This document shows, in pieces, positions 13,516 through 25,250 of a stretch of DNA of 64,000 nucleotides. The stretch is from Raja brachyura. Lineage: Eukaryota. Under the pieces are notes generated by a model, which saw only the letters and a list, made by a program, of their open reading frames with translations, had not been told where the DNA came from and searched no databases. Where the stretch lies: positions 33,046,001 to 33,110,000 of the forward strand of contig OY740798.1 in NCBI GenBank assembly GCA_963514005.1, read 5' to 3'. The position numbers were made by a program, and so were the translations under genes. Each line of letters opens with the position of its first letter. The first letter of the stretch is position 1.

Positions 13516-14299
13516 ATCGGTGGGTGATTTTAAACGTGGCCTGGATCACCCGAGCAACTGGCGCCTGAAGCTGCCAGCTCTTCTCCGAGAGCGGGCAACT
13601 AATCGGAAAACATCCTCTCACACACACAGGGATGGGTCTTCCCGCCGCCGCCGCCGCCGCCACGCAGCGCCTCGTCTGAAGCTTGGCAAAGGCTCTTGCC
13701 CGAAGCCCGCGTCGAGAGGTGTGGATGGGTTGGGTGGGGAGACTCATCAAAGTCATGACAAGAAACCTCGTATCTCTTCACCCAGAGAGAAGGGGAGGGT
13801 TAAACAAACCCAGTCACCGAGTATACTGAAGACAGAAACGTATACATGCTAAGGTTTCATCTAATTCAAACAATTTCGTGTCAGTCGGCGCTTGAAGTAA
13901 TAGATGAGCTTCCAAAAGCGAGCCGGCAAGATGGGCCGAATGGCCGGCTCCCGCTTCTGTACATTATTCATGATACTGAACAGAATGAGGGGAGACAATT
14001 AACAGTGGGCCAGGGGTCACCAGTTTAAGACAATTCTAGACTAGAAACTAAACAAGGGTAAGCCCGTCCTAACAGGGTTAGGCACAAAATGCACAGCGGG
14101 TCAGGCAGCATCTCTGGAGAACATGCAGAGGTGACTTCTCGCATTGCCCAAGGTGGCGATGAATGCAGATGGTGGTGTTTAGGGACCTTTTAGATAGGGA
14201 ATAGAGGGATATGGACTGTGCTTCGCATTGACGTTGTGGGCAGAATTACTGTTCCATGCTCTATGTAAAGAAGGGAGGCAGAATTAATTGGATCAATCA

Positions 14300-14565
14300 T
14301 TTGTGGGGAAAGATTTAATGGGAACCTGGGGGGTTATTTCTTTACACAAAGATTGGTGGGTGTATGTAACAAACTGCCGGTGGAGGCAGTCGAAGCAGGT
14401 ACTATCGCAGCGGTTAATAAACATTTACACAGGATGGGACAGGTTTAGGAGGATATGGGCCAAAAACAGGCAGGTGGGGTTAGTGCAGATTGGGACATTT
14501 TGGGCGGCGTGGGCAAGTTGGGCCGAAGGGCCACTTTCCACACTATATTACTGTATGACTCGATG
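14300..14565 (+). mobile_element. CR1/HER1-type LINE 3' fragment
   Basis: Decayed FFTQRVVGVWNKLP-like end and a GTTGGGCCGAAGGGCC tail. Confidence 0.7.
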
Positions 14566-14767
14566 AATCAATACCCAGTATGACCCAGTATGAATACCCA
14601 ATACCCAGTATACCCGGTGGTCCGAACATTCGTATAATTCAACGATTCCAATCGCGAACATACAAAGAGAGTGGTTTCCCGATGTGGTTTGATAAAGTGA
14701 GCGGGTCGAGGGTTATACAAAGCATTGGACGCTGGCGCAAGAGTTGTGTAGCTCCGACCTCCGGGCT

Positions 14768-14950
14768 GGGGGCGGAGAGATGCAACGGTACAAAAACTCT
14801 TCCGATATTTCTTATTGGAAGATGACCAGCGGGACAGATCTGTTGTTTGCTCGATGTCGAAGAAGTCCAATAAATGGGCGCGATGGGGTGTCAAGATAAG
14901 TAAATGAGAAGACCTGACGTAAGGAGGAAGATGTAGCTCGCTTATAAATA
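14768..14950 (+). promoter_or_regulatory. TH proximal promoter: GC box, CCAAT boxes, CRE-like site, TATA box
   Basis: GGGCGG 14770-14775, ATTGG 14814-14818, CCAAT 14867-14871, TGACGTAA 14915-14922, TATAAA 14943-14948, about 60 nt before the ATG; CpG-rich context. Confidence 0.8.
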
Positions 14951-15006
14951 GGAGCGGCGGGAGGACGGGCTGGCTGGCAAGTTGCAGGGACTTGCAGGGC
15001 GCCTCG

Positions 15007-15093
15007 ATGATGCCCACGTCGACCCCCTCGTCCGCCAGAGGCTTCCGCAGGGCAGTCTCTGAACTGGACTCCAAGCAAGCCGAAGCCGTGACG
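15007..15093 (+). CDS. th: TH exon 1 coding part (MMPTSTPSSARGFRRAVSELDSKQAEAVT)
   Basis: Tandem ATGs at 15007/15010 downstream of a TATA box. Matches vertebrate TH GFRRAVSELDxKQAEA (Ser19 site). Donor GTGAG at 15094. Confidence 0.95.
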
Positions 15094-15564
15094 GTGAGCT
15101 CCGAATGTCTTTCTTCCATCTCTTTGATCCATTTGGGTGCACGTATGCGCGCATAACTTACATCTGTTTTGCAGAAGGGAAATATTTTCCATCCGTGACT
15201 CGGGCAACCTGGTCCCCTGAGTTACTCCAACATTTTGTGTCTGTCGTCGGTTCCTTCCTACACGATTTTCCGTCCGTAATGTATTTATACGTCGGAAGGA
15301 AGCGCAGATGCAGGTTTACAGCGTTACTGCTGTTGTTAAATTTGAGGTAGACGTTTCTTGAGTTGAGTTGAATGTAGCTTATTGTCACGTCTACCGAGGT
15401 ACAGTGAAAAAACTTTCGTTGCGTGCTAAACCAGTCAGCGGAAAGACAACCCACGATTACAATCGAGCCATCCACAGTATACAGATACATGATAAGGCGA
15501 ATATTAACCAAAGATATGAAGGTTTATGAGTAAAGATGGGTAAATGGGGTTAAGCTATTGAACA

Positions 15565-16015
15565 TTGACACACAATGCTGGAGTAACTCAGCGGGTCGGG
15601 CAGCATCGCTGGAGAAAGGGAATAGGTGACGTTTCGTGTCCAGATCCTGCTTCAAGCTGAGAGTCAGGGGAGAGGGAAACTAGAAGTATGAAAAGATACA
15701 AAACAAATCAGGGTTACACAAAAAGCTGGAGAAACTCAGCGGGTGCAGCAGCATCTAAGGAGCGAAGGAGATAGGCGACGTTTCGGGTCGAGACCCTTCT
15801 TCAGACTCTTCCTTCTTTAACAAAACAAATCAGAGCCGGCGCCGATGGTCAAGGAGCCCACAATGGTCCATTGTTGTCTGCGGAGAAGGTGATAACGATG
15901 GATACGAATAGTGACACTGGTGGAATGATCAGGGGAGGGAAGGACAGAGAGAGAGAGGAAATGGAAGGGTTACTTTAAATTAGCGAAATCAATATTCATG
16001 CCCCAAGCGAAATAT
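15565..16015 (-). mobile_element. Penelope-like terminal-repeat fragment with a nested short hammerhead unit (15712-15819)
   Basis: Similar to 2304-2650; nested unit flanked by ACAAAACAAATCAG at 15698-15711 and 15820-15833; intact core at 15777-15804. Confidence 0.8.
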
Positions 16016-17820
16016 GTTCCTCTCCGTGTTATTTATACGTGATTAATGCGTTCGCTTCAAAATATACAGATTAATCATATTTTAGTCTCTTCCCAATCGC
16101 CATCATGGGTCAAGAAGGGAAAATATTTGGAGACGCAAGGAACTGCAAATGTTGGAATCTTGATCAAAACACAAAGGGGCTAGAAGAACTCAGCGGGTCC
16201 GGCAGCATCTCGGGAGGGAATGGTCCGGCGACGTTCTGGGTTAGAAGAAGGGTCCAGACCCGGAAAGTCGCCTGTCCATTCCTTCCACAGATGCCGTCGG
16301 ACCCGCTGAGTTCCTCCAGCACTACTCGCGTTGCCCTGGGTGAAACATCCGAGACAGTTATGGGCAGTGAATTCAACATAAACTTAGTCCACGATAGTCG
16401 AGCATCTTACAAAAATGCCTTTCCATAAAGGAGAGTCGTTTACATAGCACGAAGGTTGCAATCCCACGCTTACAATGGAGAGTATCGAAGGGTAAAGAGT
16501 GAATTGATTTACCCTGAATATGTTTCAGAATGTGCCCGCGGCGCAGCAACAGAGCTCCGCCGAAACGCACAGCAGTGCAAACTAAATAGATATAAGCTCC
16601 GGAGATAGACACAGAGTGCTGGAGTAACTCAGCGGGACAGGCAGCATCTCTGGATAAAAGGTGACTTTTCGGCTTGAGACCCTTCTTCAGAACCCTGGAG
16701 AATCGGAATAGGCGATGTTTCGGGTCAAAAACCTTCTTCAGATTGACCCAAAACTTTCACTCTCGACCCGAAACATCACCGATTCCTTTTCTGCAGAGAT
16801 GCTGCCTGTCCCGCTGAGTTACTGCAGCATTCTGTGTCTATCATCGGTGTAAACCAGCATTTGCGGTTCCTTGCTACAGCGATTATAAGCTCTATTTGGT
16901 ATCCAATGATGTAAACCTCTTTAAAACCTTGACAGCTCATCAGCTCGGTAAAGAGGCAGAGCGGTTAGACACTGCTAAGAGACGTATCCGAATTAGTAAA
17001 TGCACATCCGTAGAGGAGGTGAGTTTACATTTTAATCAGGACTGCTTTCGGTGCGATGCTGAACTCACATGAAAGTTGGGCGTTCTTGTACTTTTTCTCT
17101 CTCTACAACTCTCTATTTCAAGCTGCTTGGAACAAATCGCGCTGGGGACATCTGTCACTGCAACCAAGCGTTATTCTAGCGCCCCGCCATTCACACAGCA
17201 AGCTAGAAAACTGGGCCACCTTTGAGGTGGAATTTTCTGATTTGTACTTTCTTAGAGGTTTGGTAGGTGATCAAGAGGAGTGCCTTTGCTCCTGGTAACA
17301 TAACGATAATATAATTTCACATCCCAGACATCATCATTCCAGTAGAATGGTTGGAACTGCTTACATATCCCATGTCCAAAGAAGGGTCCCGACCCGAAAC
17401 ATCACCAGATCATTCCCTCCACAGATACCCTCCGACCCGCGGTGTTCCTCTAGCAATTTGTGTTTTACTCACGATTCCAGCATCGTTAGTATATGTATCT
17501 CTAACTTTCCCATGTGCGTGTGTGACCCACCTCAGTCCAATCTCTTCAAATAGATTGGCGGCTATCTGTTAAGCATAAAAAAAGTAGCCCAACTCCTGAT
17601 ATACATGAAACGATTTCTAATCAAGGATAACCTGAATCCCAGTGACCAGACTTTCAAACGGATACTTTACATCGTGAAAGACACAATGTGCTGGAGGAAC
17701 TGAGCGGGAAAGGCAGCATCCCTGGAAAACGTGCATGGGTGAAGGAGGGTCTAGGTCCCAAACTTCACCTGTCCATGTTCTCCAAGGATGTTGCCCGGCC
17801 GGCTGAGTTACTCCAGCACG

Positions 17821-19431
17821 AGAGCATTAGAGGAGTGACACTGCCCGGCAGTGGGGGCATTCAAGTAAAGACCTCCCTGTACATGGACGATGTCGCTGTC
17901 TTCTGCTCGGATCCAGGGTCGGTCCGCAGATTGATTAGTATCTGCGACCAGTTTGAGTCGGCCACGGGAGCCAGGGTGAACCGCAGGAAGAGCGAGGCCA
18001 TGCTCTTTGGCAACTGGCCCGACAGATCTTCGGTCCCCTTCACCATCAAGCCTGACTTCTTGAAGGTGCTGGGGATCTGGTTCGGGGGGGCTGAGGCGTG
18101 TAACAAGAATTGGCTGGAGCGGATAGCCAGGGTGGGGAAGAAGCTGGAGCTGTGGAGGCAACGCTCCCTCTCCATAACGGGAAAGAATTTGGTCATCAGG
18201 TGTGAGGTGCTCTCGGGCCTGCTGTACTTGGCACAGGTGTGGCCTGTCCCTCCTTCCTACGCCACAGGGATCACCCGGGCCGTCTTCCAGTTCATCTGGG
18301 GGTCGAGGATGGACCGGGTGCGACGGGCCACAATGTACAAGTCGGCAGACAACGGGGGTAAAAGCGTGCCCAACGTCGCCCTCATCCTGATGGCCACCTT
18401 CGTGTGTGGCTGCATCAGGCGGAGTGTAGAGCCAAGGCACGTGGGCACCAAGTGTCACTACCTGCTGAGGTTCTACCTGTCCCCGGTGTTGCGAAGGATG
18501 GGCCTGGCGCAGATGCCACGCAATGTGCCAGTCAGCTGGTCACTGCCGCCCCATCTGTCGTCTGTGGAAAGGTTCTTCCGGACCAACACCTTTGACCACA
18601 TGTCCATTGGGCAGTGGTCAGCACAGAATGTCCTGCAGGTACTGCAGGGAAAGGACTCGATGGACCCGGTGGCGTGGTTCCCTGAGCAGACTGCCCAGCT
18701 TGTCTGGCAAAATGCCTCATCGCCAGAACTCACCAACAAGCACCAAGACCTGGCTTGGCTGGCGGTGAGGGGAGCCCTCCCAGTCAGATCCTTCCTGCAC
18801 CATCGGAACCTCACTACCAGCGCACGCTGCCCTCGGGACGGCTGCTATGGAGTGGAGACGGTCGCCCACCTCTTTGCAGAGTGTGGATTTGCCCAAAGAG
18901 TCTGGAGAAAAATGCAAGGGTCCCTGGTACGCTTTATTCCAAACAGCTCTGTCACAGAGGACTCTGTGATTTACGGACTGTTCCCAGGGACACATTCAGA
19001 GACTGACATCAAGTGCTGCTGGAAGGTTATCAACTCGGTGAAAGACGCTCTCTGGTCTGCCCGAGCTTTGTTCACCACCCAGCAGAGCGAGATGTCCGTC
19101 GGGGAATGTTGCCGACTGGCCCACTGCAGACTGCAGGAGTACGTACTAAGGGACGCACTGAAGCTCGGTGCAGCCAACGCCAAGGCTCGGTGGGGGAGGG
19201 CCACAGTCTAAGGTCCTTCCGCTGCTGGACATGGGGGCACTGTATGGTGGAGACGCCCCTCAAAATAAGGGAAGGTATCCCATGCCGGGGGGCCACATGA
19301 GTGGCACGGGTGGGGGATTAATTAGTAAAATTTGAAAAATGTATATAGACTGCATGGAAGAATTTGTATAGCCTCCGAAAATGTCGGATGGATTTTTCGC
19401 ACGGTTGATGTATTGTAAATATTTATTACTT
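17821..19431 (+). mobile_element. 5'-truncated Tx1/L1-clade LINE in TH intron 1, uninterrupted ORF2 C-terminal half
   Basis: RT motif LYMDD; zinc knuckle CPRDGC..ETVAHLFAEC; stop at 19211; TCCAGCACG duplicated at 17812-17820 and 19432-19440. Confidence 0.9.
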
Positions 19432-19527
19432 TCCAGCACGTCGTGTCCCTCTCTGTAACCCAGCATTTGCAGATCGTTGTTCTACTTTACACCGTTTGCT
19501 GTTGAGTTGCTGCGAACAGTTTCTTTC

Positions 19528-19792
19528 TAGTGGCGCAGAGGTAGAGATGCTGCATTACAGCGCCATGTGTGCTGTCTGTACGGAGTTTGTACATTCTCCC
19601 CGTGACCGCGTGAGTTTTCTCCGGATGCCCCGGTTTCCTCCCACACTCCAAAGGCGTACAGGTGTGTAGGTTAATTGTAAATTGTCCTTAGTGTGTAGGA
19701 TATTGTTAGTAAACGGGGTGATCGCTGGTCGGCGCGGAACCGGTGGGCCGAAGGGCCTGTTTCCACGCTGTATCTCTAAAGTCTAAAGTAAA
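19528..19792 (+). mobile_element. HE1-type tRNA-derived V-SINE (internally deleted)
   Basis: A-box-like head, GGTTTCCTCCCACA central domain, GGGCCGAAGGGCCTGTTTCC tail with CTAAA-type repeats. Confidence 0.8.
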
Positions 19793-21098
19793 GTTGAATG
19801 CTGAATGGGGCGCACTGTCTGTTTGTTACTAACCCAGACACGCTGCAACCCCGTATATAAATGCAGGAGGATTCATGAAACAAAAATCTTCTTCTGAGAT
19901 AGTCTCACATGATCTACCATAAATTGTTTCTATTTGTTTGCGAAGTAAATAATGGGAACAATGTGGTGCCGCAGACCATTTCTTAATGGGCACTGATGGT
20001 GATGGGGGCAGAAAGAACTGCAATAGGCAGATGGGTAGTTTGGGATATGGTGCACAATTGGTAAGTTTTGCTTTAAAATGATTTCCATTATTTCACTTCT
20101 ATCCATAAATCTAATGAGAAAGTAAACCTGGAGAATCAAGGAACTGCAGATTCTGGAAACTTGTGCAAAACACAAAATCTAGAGGAAATCCGTGGATTGG
20201 GCAGCATCCTTGGAGGAAATGGATAGGTGATATTTTGGGGCCAGGACCAGGCCCTTCTTCAAATGAAGAAGCATGGAAGAAAAAAAATGTATTTTGCTTG
20301 AGAATTTAAACCTGTCTGTTCTCTCCATCCAACGGTTTCTCTTTAATCGAAAAAAAAAGACACAAAGTGCTGGAGTACTAACTCATCGGGTCAGGCAGCA
20401 TCTCTGGAGAACATGGATAGGTGGTGTTTTGGGTTGAGACCCTTCTCAGGCTGGGATCTGACAGGGATCTGAAGAAGGGTACCGACCCAAAATGTCACCT
20501 GTCCATGTTCTAATGGGTGATGTTTCGGGGTCGAGAAGAAGGGTCTCAACGCGAAACGTCACCCATTCCTTCTCTCCAGAGATGCTGCCTTACCCGCTGA
20601 GTTACTCCAGCATTTTGTGTCTACCTTCAATAGTAAAGGGTGTTTTACTGTCATATGACCTGAAATGGAACAATGAAATCCTTACTTGCAGCAGCACAGA
20701 TACGTAAACATAGTACTCCGTAAACACCATATATATATATATATATATTTTAAAATATGGTCTCTTTTATTCTTCATTTTATTATTTCCTATTGTTGTGT
20801 CTTTTAATTTCTACCTCGCTTGGGAATCCCAATGATTCAGATATTTCTAACTATCCATCAGAGGTTGTCAGAGGATGTCAGAGGTTGTGGGGAGAAGGCA
20901 GGGGAATGGGGTTAGAAGGGAGAGATAGATCAGCAATGGCAGTGTAGACTTGATGGGCCAAATGGCCTAATTCTACTCCTATCCCTTATGATCTTATCCT
21001 CTATGTCTGCTTTCCTCTCCTCTCACCCTCTTCTGCCCTTTCTCTCTTCAGTTTGTGTCACTTTCATCTGCACCTTGTTTCTATCCATTCCTGATTAT

Positions 21099-21897
21099 TA
21101 GACAATAGACAATAGGTGCAGGAGTAGGCCATTTGGCCCTTCGAGCCAGCACCGCCATTCAATGTGATCATGGCTGATCATTCCCAATCAGTACCCCGTT
21201 CCTGCCTTCTCCCCATATCCCCTGACTCCACTATTTTTAAGAGCCCTATCTAGCTCTCTTTTGAAAGCATCCAGAGAACCTGCCTCCACCGCCCTCTGAG
21301 GCAGAGAATTCCACAGACACATCACTCTCTGTGAGAAAAAGTGTTTCCTCATCTCCATTCTAAATGGCTTAGTCCTTATTCTTGAGCTGTGGCCCCTGGT
21401 TCTGGACTCCCCCAACATCGGGAACATGTTTCCTGCCTCTAGCGTGTCCAAGCCCTTAACAATCTTGTATGTTTCAATGAGATCCACTCTCATCCTTCTA
21501 AACTCCAGAGTGTACAAGCCCAACTGCTGCATTCTCTCAGCATATGACAATCCCGCCATCCCGGGAATTAACCTTGTAAACCTACGCTGCACTCCCACAA
21601 CAGCAAGAATGTCCTTCCTCAAATTAGGGGACCAAAACTGCACGCAATACTCCAGGTGTGGTCTCACTGACACTCTGTACAATTGCAGAAGGACCTCTTT
21701 GCTCCTATATTCGATTCCTCTTGTTATAAAGGCCAACATGCCATTCGCTTTCTTCACTGCCTGCTGTACCTGCATGCTTACTTTCATAGACTGATGTACA
21801 AGGATCTCCAGATCCCGTTGTATTTCCACTTTTCCCAACTTGACGCCATTTAGATAGTAATCTGCCTTCCTGTTTTTGCTACCAAAGTGGATAACTG
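21099..21897 (-). mobile_element. CR1 LINE 3' portion with (TATTGTC)n tail
   Basis: ORF 21188-21838 (RPHLEYCVQFWSP..TRGH..WNSLP) plus 3' UTR. Confidence 0.92.
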
Positions 21898-22420
21898 ATC
21901 TGTCTCAGATGTACTTATTTTTGAATACCTCGGGTTATTTAGCCCCTCTCTTCAATTACACAAACTCTGTTCAATGCCAGTTCCCCTCTCTCTTTAGTTC
22001 CTTTCTCTAATCCTCTTCAATTATGAATCTTGGGGTTCTTGTGGCATTCTTACCTCTCAGTTAGCTGGTTCCATTAGCTGGCCATTGAAGGCTCGATGTA
22101 AATAAGACTAGGTGTTCTGGCCAACGTTTAACATTCAACAGACAGTGCTGAAATGGTTTGCCACAACCTCAATCTCACCTGCCCATGCTAGGCTCATATC
22201 CCTCCAAATGCATCCCATCCATGTACCTGTCTAAATGCTTCTTAAACATTGCGATAGTACTTGCCTCAACTACCTCTTTTCGCAACTCATTCCATACACC
22301 CACCATCCTCTGTGTGTAAAAATTGTCCTTTGGTTTCCTATTAAATCTTTCCCTCTCACCTTAAGTCCCTTACGCTGGATAAAAGACTGTGCATTCACGC
22401 TCCCTATTTCCCTCATATAC

Positions 22421-22735
22421 GACAGCACAGTGACGCAGTGGTAGAGCTGCTGCCCAACAGCACCAGAGACCCGGGTTCAATCCTGACCTCGGGTGCTGTC
22501 TGTATGGAGTTTGCACATTCTCACTGTGACTGTGTGAGTTTTGTCTGTGTGTTCCGGTGTTCCCCACACTTCAAAGATGTACAGGTTTGTAGACTAATTG
22601 GTTTGGGTAAAATAGCAAATTGTCCCAAGCGTGTGGGATAGTGCTAGTGTATGGGGTGATTGCTGGTTGGCATGGACTTGGCGGGCCGAAGGGCCTGTTT
22701 CCGCATTGTATCTATAAATGCTAAAGTTTAAGTTT
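22421..22735 (+). mobile_element. HE1-type SINE
   Basis: tRNA-like A/B boxes (GGTTCAATCC), central domain, CR1-like tail. Confidence 0.85.
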
Positions 22736-22875
22736 AGAGATTTTATACATCTCTATGAGATCTCCCCTGCACTCCCAAGGAGTAAAATCAGGTTGAACGT
22801 TGCTTTCATGAATTGTCAGTGGGTCTGTGAGGCTGAATTGTGAGCCTGACTGATGTTCTTTCTTTGTGGTGTCAG

Positions 22876-23079
22876 TCCCCTCACTTCATCGGACGCAGGC
22901 AGTCGCTGATCGAAGATGCACGGAAGGAGCGGGAGGCAGCCGCTGCTGCCGCCGAGTCAGCAGATTCTGGGGACCAGCTGGTGTTCGAGGAGAAGGATGG
23001 CAGAGCTATGGTTAACCTGTTCTTCACTCTCCGCTGCAGCAAGGGATCTGCTCTCTCCCGCACGCTCAAAGTTTTCGAG
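22876..23079 (+). CDS. th: TH exon 2 ([27 protein letters not shown]...LKVFE)
   Basis: CAG acceptor, GTAAC donor; Ser31 (SP) and Ser40 (RRQS) equivalents and a poly-Ala stretch. Confidence 0.96.
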
Positions 23080-23274
23080 GTAACGCCAAACATTAGCCAT
23101 TGCGGCAATCAAAGAGTCACAACATTCAATATCGGGCCTGATTCAAGAAGTTAAATGAACTGTTTTGGACCTTGGATAATACAAGCTAATACAAGGGAGC
23201 CTGGAATGTCCTTCAAACCCGTTAACAATTACCTAGTTAATGAGATGAGAAAAAATTACATTTGTCTGATTATA

Positions 23275-23690
23275 GCTTTGAGCCTAGAAATACATAAAAT
23301 TATGAAAGGCCTAGATACGGTAAACAGTCAGTACCTTTTTCCCATGGAGAAAATGTCAAGGACTAGAAGGTGTAGCTCTAAGGTGAGAAAGGCAGAGTTT
23401 AAAGGAGATGTGCAGGGCAAGTTTTTTACCCAGAGGGTGGTGGGAGCCTGGAATGTGCTGTCAGAGGTGGCAGTGGAGGCAGATTCGATAGTGGCATTTA
23501 AATGGCTTTCAAATAGACACATGGATATGGAGGAATATGGTTCATGTAGAAACATACAAAATAGGTGCAGGTGTAGGCCATTTGGCCCTTTGAGCCAGCA
23601 CCACCACTCAATATGATCATGGCTGATCATCCAGAATCAGTACCCTGTTTCTGTTTTCACCCCATATCCCTTGATCCCGTTAGCCCTCAT
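23275..23690 (+). mobile_element. CR1 3' fragment with a nested inverted CR1 tail
   Basis: FFTQRVVGAWNVL motif; opposite-strand tail at ~23547-23688. Confidence 0.75.
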
Positions 23691-24957
23691 GTGCAGGCAG
23701 ATTAGTTTATTTTGGCATCATATTCGATGCAGATATGGGCCGAAAGGCCCGTTTCCTTGATGTACCTTTCAATGTTCTATGGGTTTTGATTGAAAAAATG
23801 TGGACCTCGTAGGTGCATGCAATGGGTCTGAGGCCAATAGCCATTGCCCGAGTCTGAAGAAGGGTCTCGATCCAAAACATCACCCATTCCTTCTCTCCAG
23901 AGATGCTGCCTGTCCTGCTGAGTTACTCCAGCTTTTTGTGTCTAACTTCGGCGTAAACCACCACCTGCAGCTCATTCATAAACATTTTGCACGAGGATTT
24001 TTTCTCTTTTGGTTTATCCTGAGTTTACAAGGAGGAGACAAACCATTCACAAATTTCACTTAATATATCATATCAGTTTTTGCAATATATTTGGGGCACA
24101 ACGAACTGTAGATGCTGAAATCCTGCATAGAACACAAAATGCTGGAGTAACTCAACAGATCAGGCAGCATCTCTGACGGAAATGGATACACGATGTTTCT
24201 GCTTAGCGTCTTTCCTCAGTGATAGTAGTGGGGGGGGGGGGGGGGGTAGCAAAAGCTGAGAAAAAGATGGGAGCGGGCCTCATTTGCCAGGTTTTGTCCC
24301 AACCCAATCTCTTTTCCCGCTGTCTCCCTCTTGCTACAATCATTCTAAAAGAAGGATTCCGACCAGAAACATCACTTATCCATGTTCTCCCGAGATGCTG
24401 TCTGACAATAAAGATGCCGGGGGGGAGGAAGGATGCATTTGGTGCATTTTTGGGGAATAAAAGGTGAAACAAATAAAGTCCCATTTCTGTTCTGAGGCAC
24501 AGACACTAATGCACAATTTCAAATTGGAGCTATTACCTTAAGAAAGGATTAGAGATTGGCAGACCCACATGGATGATAACTGAGATAACGGCATTTATTT
24601 CTAGGTCCCTCCTGGCAAAACAAATAAATCGTTACAACAGATTCAGTTACAATGGTATTTGCATGCTAAAGAACAGCCTCTGGGGCAGAAGCAAGAAACC
24701 AGCCATGCATTATTATGGTCACACAGAAGGGTAATTTAATATTCCACGTCAGATTTTTTTAAACTTCCAAGCTGATTGAACAAGTGGCCTTAGCAAGGGT
24801 ACGAGGCCGGATAACAATCATGCAGAAATTGAATTCACATTTAACATCGCTTTGTTTTCATTACATCAACCATGTGAATTAACAACTTCTTTCCCCATGC
24901 TGGAGTTAACCCCGAGGGAATTGAAGGAATTGAAGTCACTTGCATCACTATTTGCTT

Positions 24958-25250
24958 CATCATGCAAATTGGAGGAACAGCACCTCAAATTTTGCTTGGG
25001 CAGCTTCCAACCCACCAATATGATCTTGATTTCTCTAATTTCAAGTAACACTGGCAAACCCTCTCTCCGCTACCGCCCCCCCCCCCCACCCTAGTTGTCC
25101 TACTAGTTCCACTGTTCACACCCTGTATCCTTTCGTTATCACCTCTTTACCAGCCAACAATGGGCCATTATGGGCTCCACCCTTCCTTGGTCATCTGTTT
25201 CCGGACCTGATTTGTATTGGTCTTTTCCTACCTCCAGTTTCCCCCCATTC
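24958..25250 (+). mobile_element. Penelope-like 3' fragment
   Basis: CKLEEQHLKFCLGSFQP endonuclease C-terminus and UTR like 3115-3330. Confidence 0.75.

Noticed and set aside
14570-14616. Short ATACCCAGTA-type tandem repeat upstream of the promoter
   Set aside because: Only four or five imperfect units beside a LINE tail; no spacer structure or function can be inferred, and it is not CRISPR-like.
14568-15207. Antisense ORFs of 183 and 131 aa over the TH promoter and exon 1
   Set aside because: No recognisable domain; expected in GC-rich sequence opposite a coding exon.
17688-17820. N-terminal part of the 507-aa ORF
   Set aside because: It is the flanking short repeat, in frame by chance with the 5'-truncated Tx1 ORF2; no evidence of a real fusion gene.
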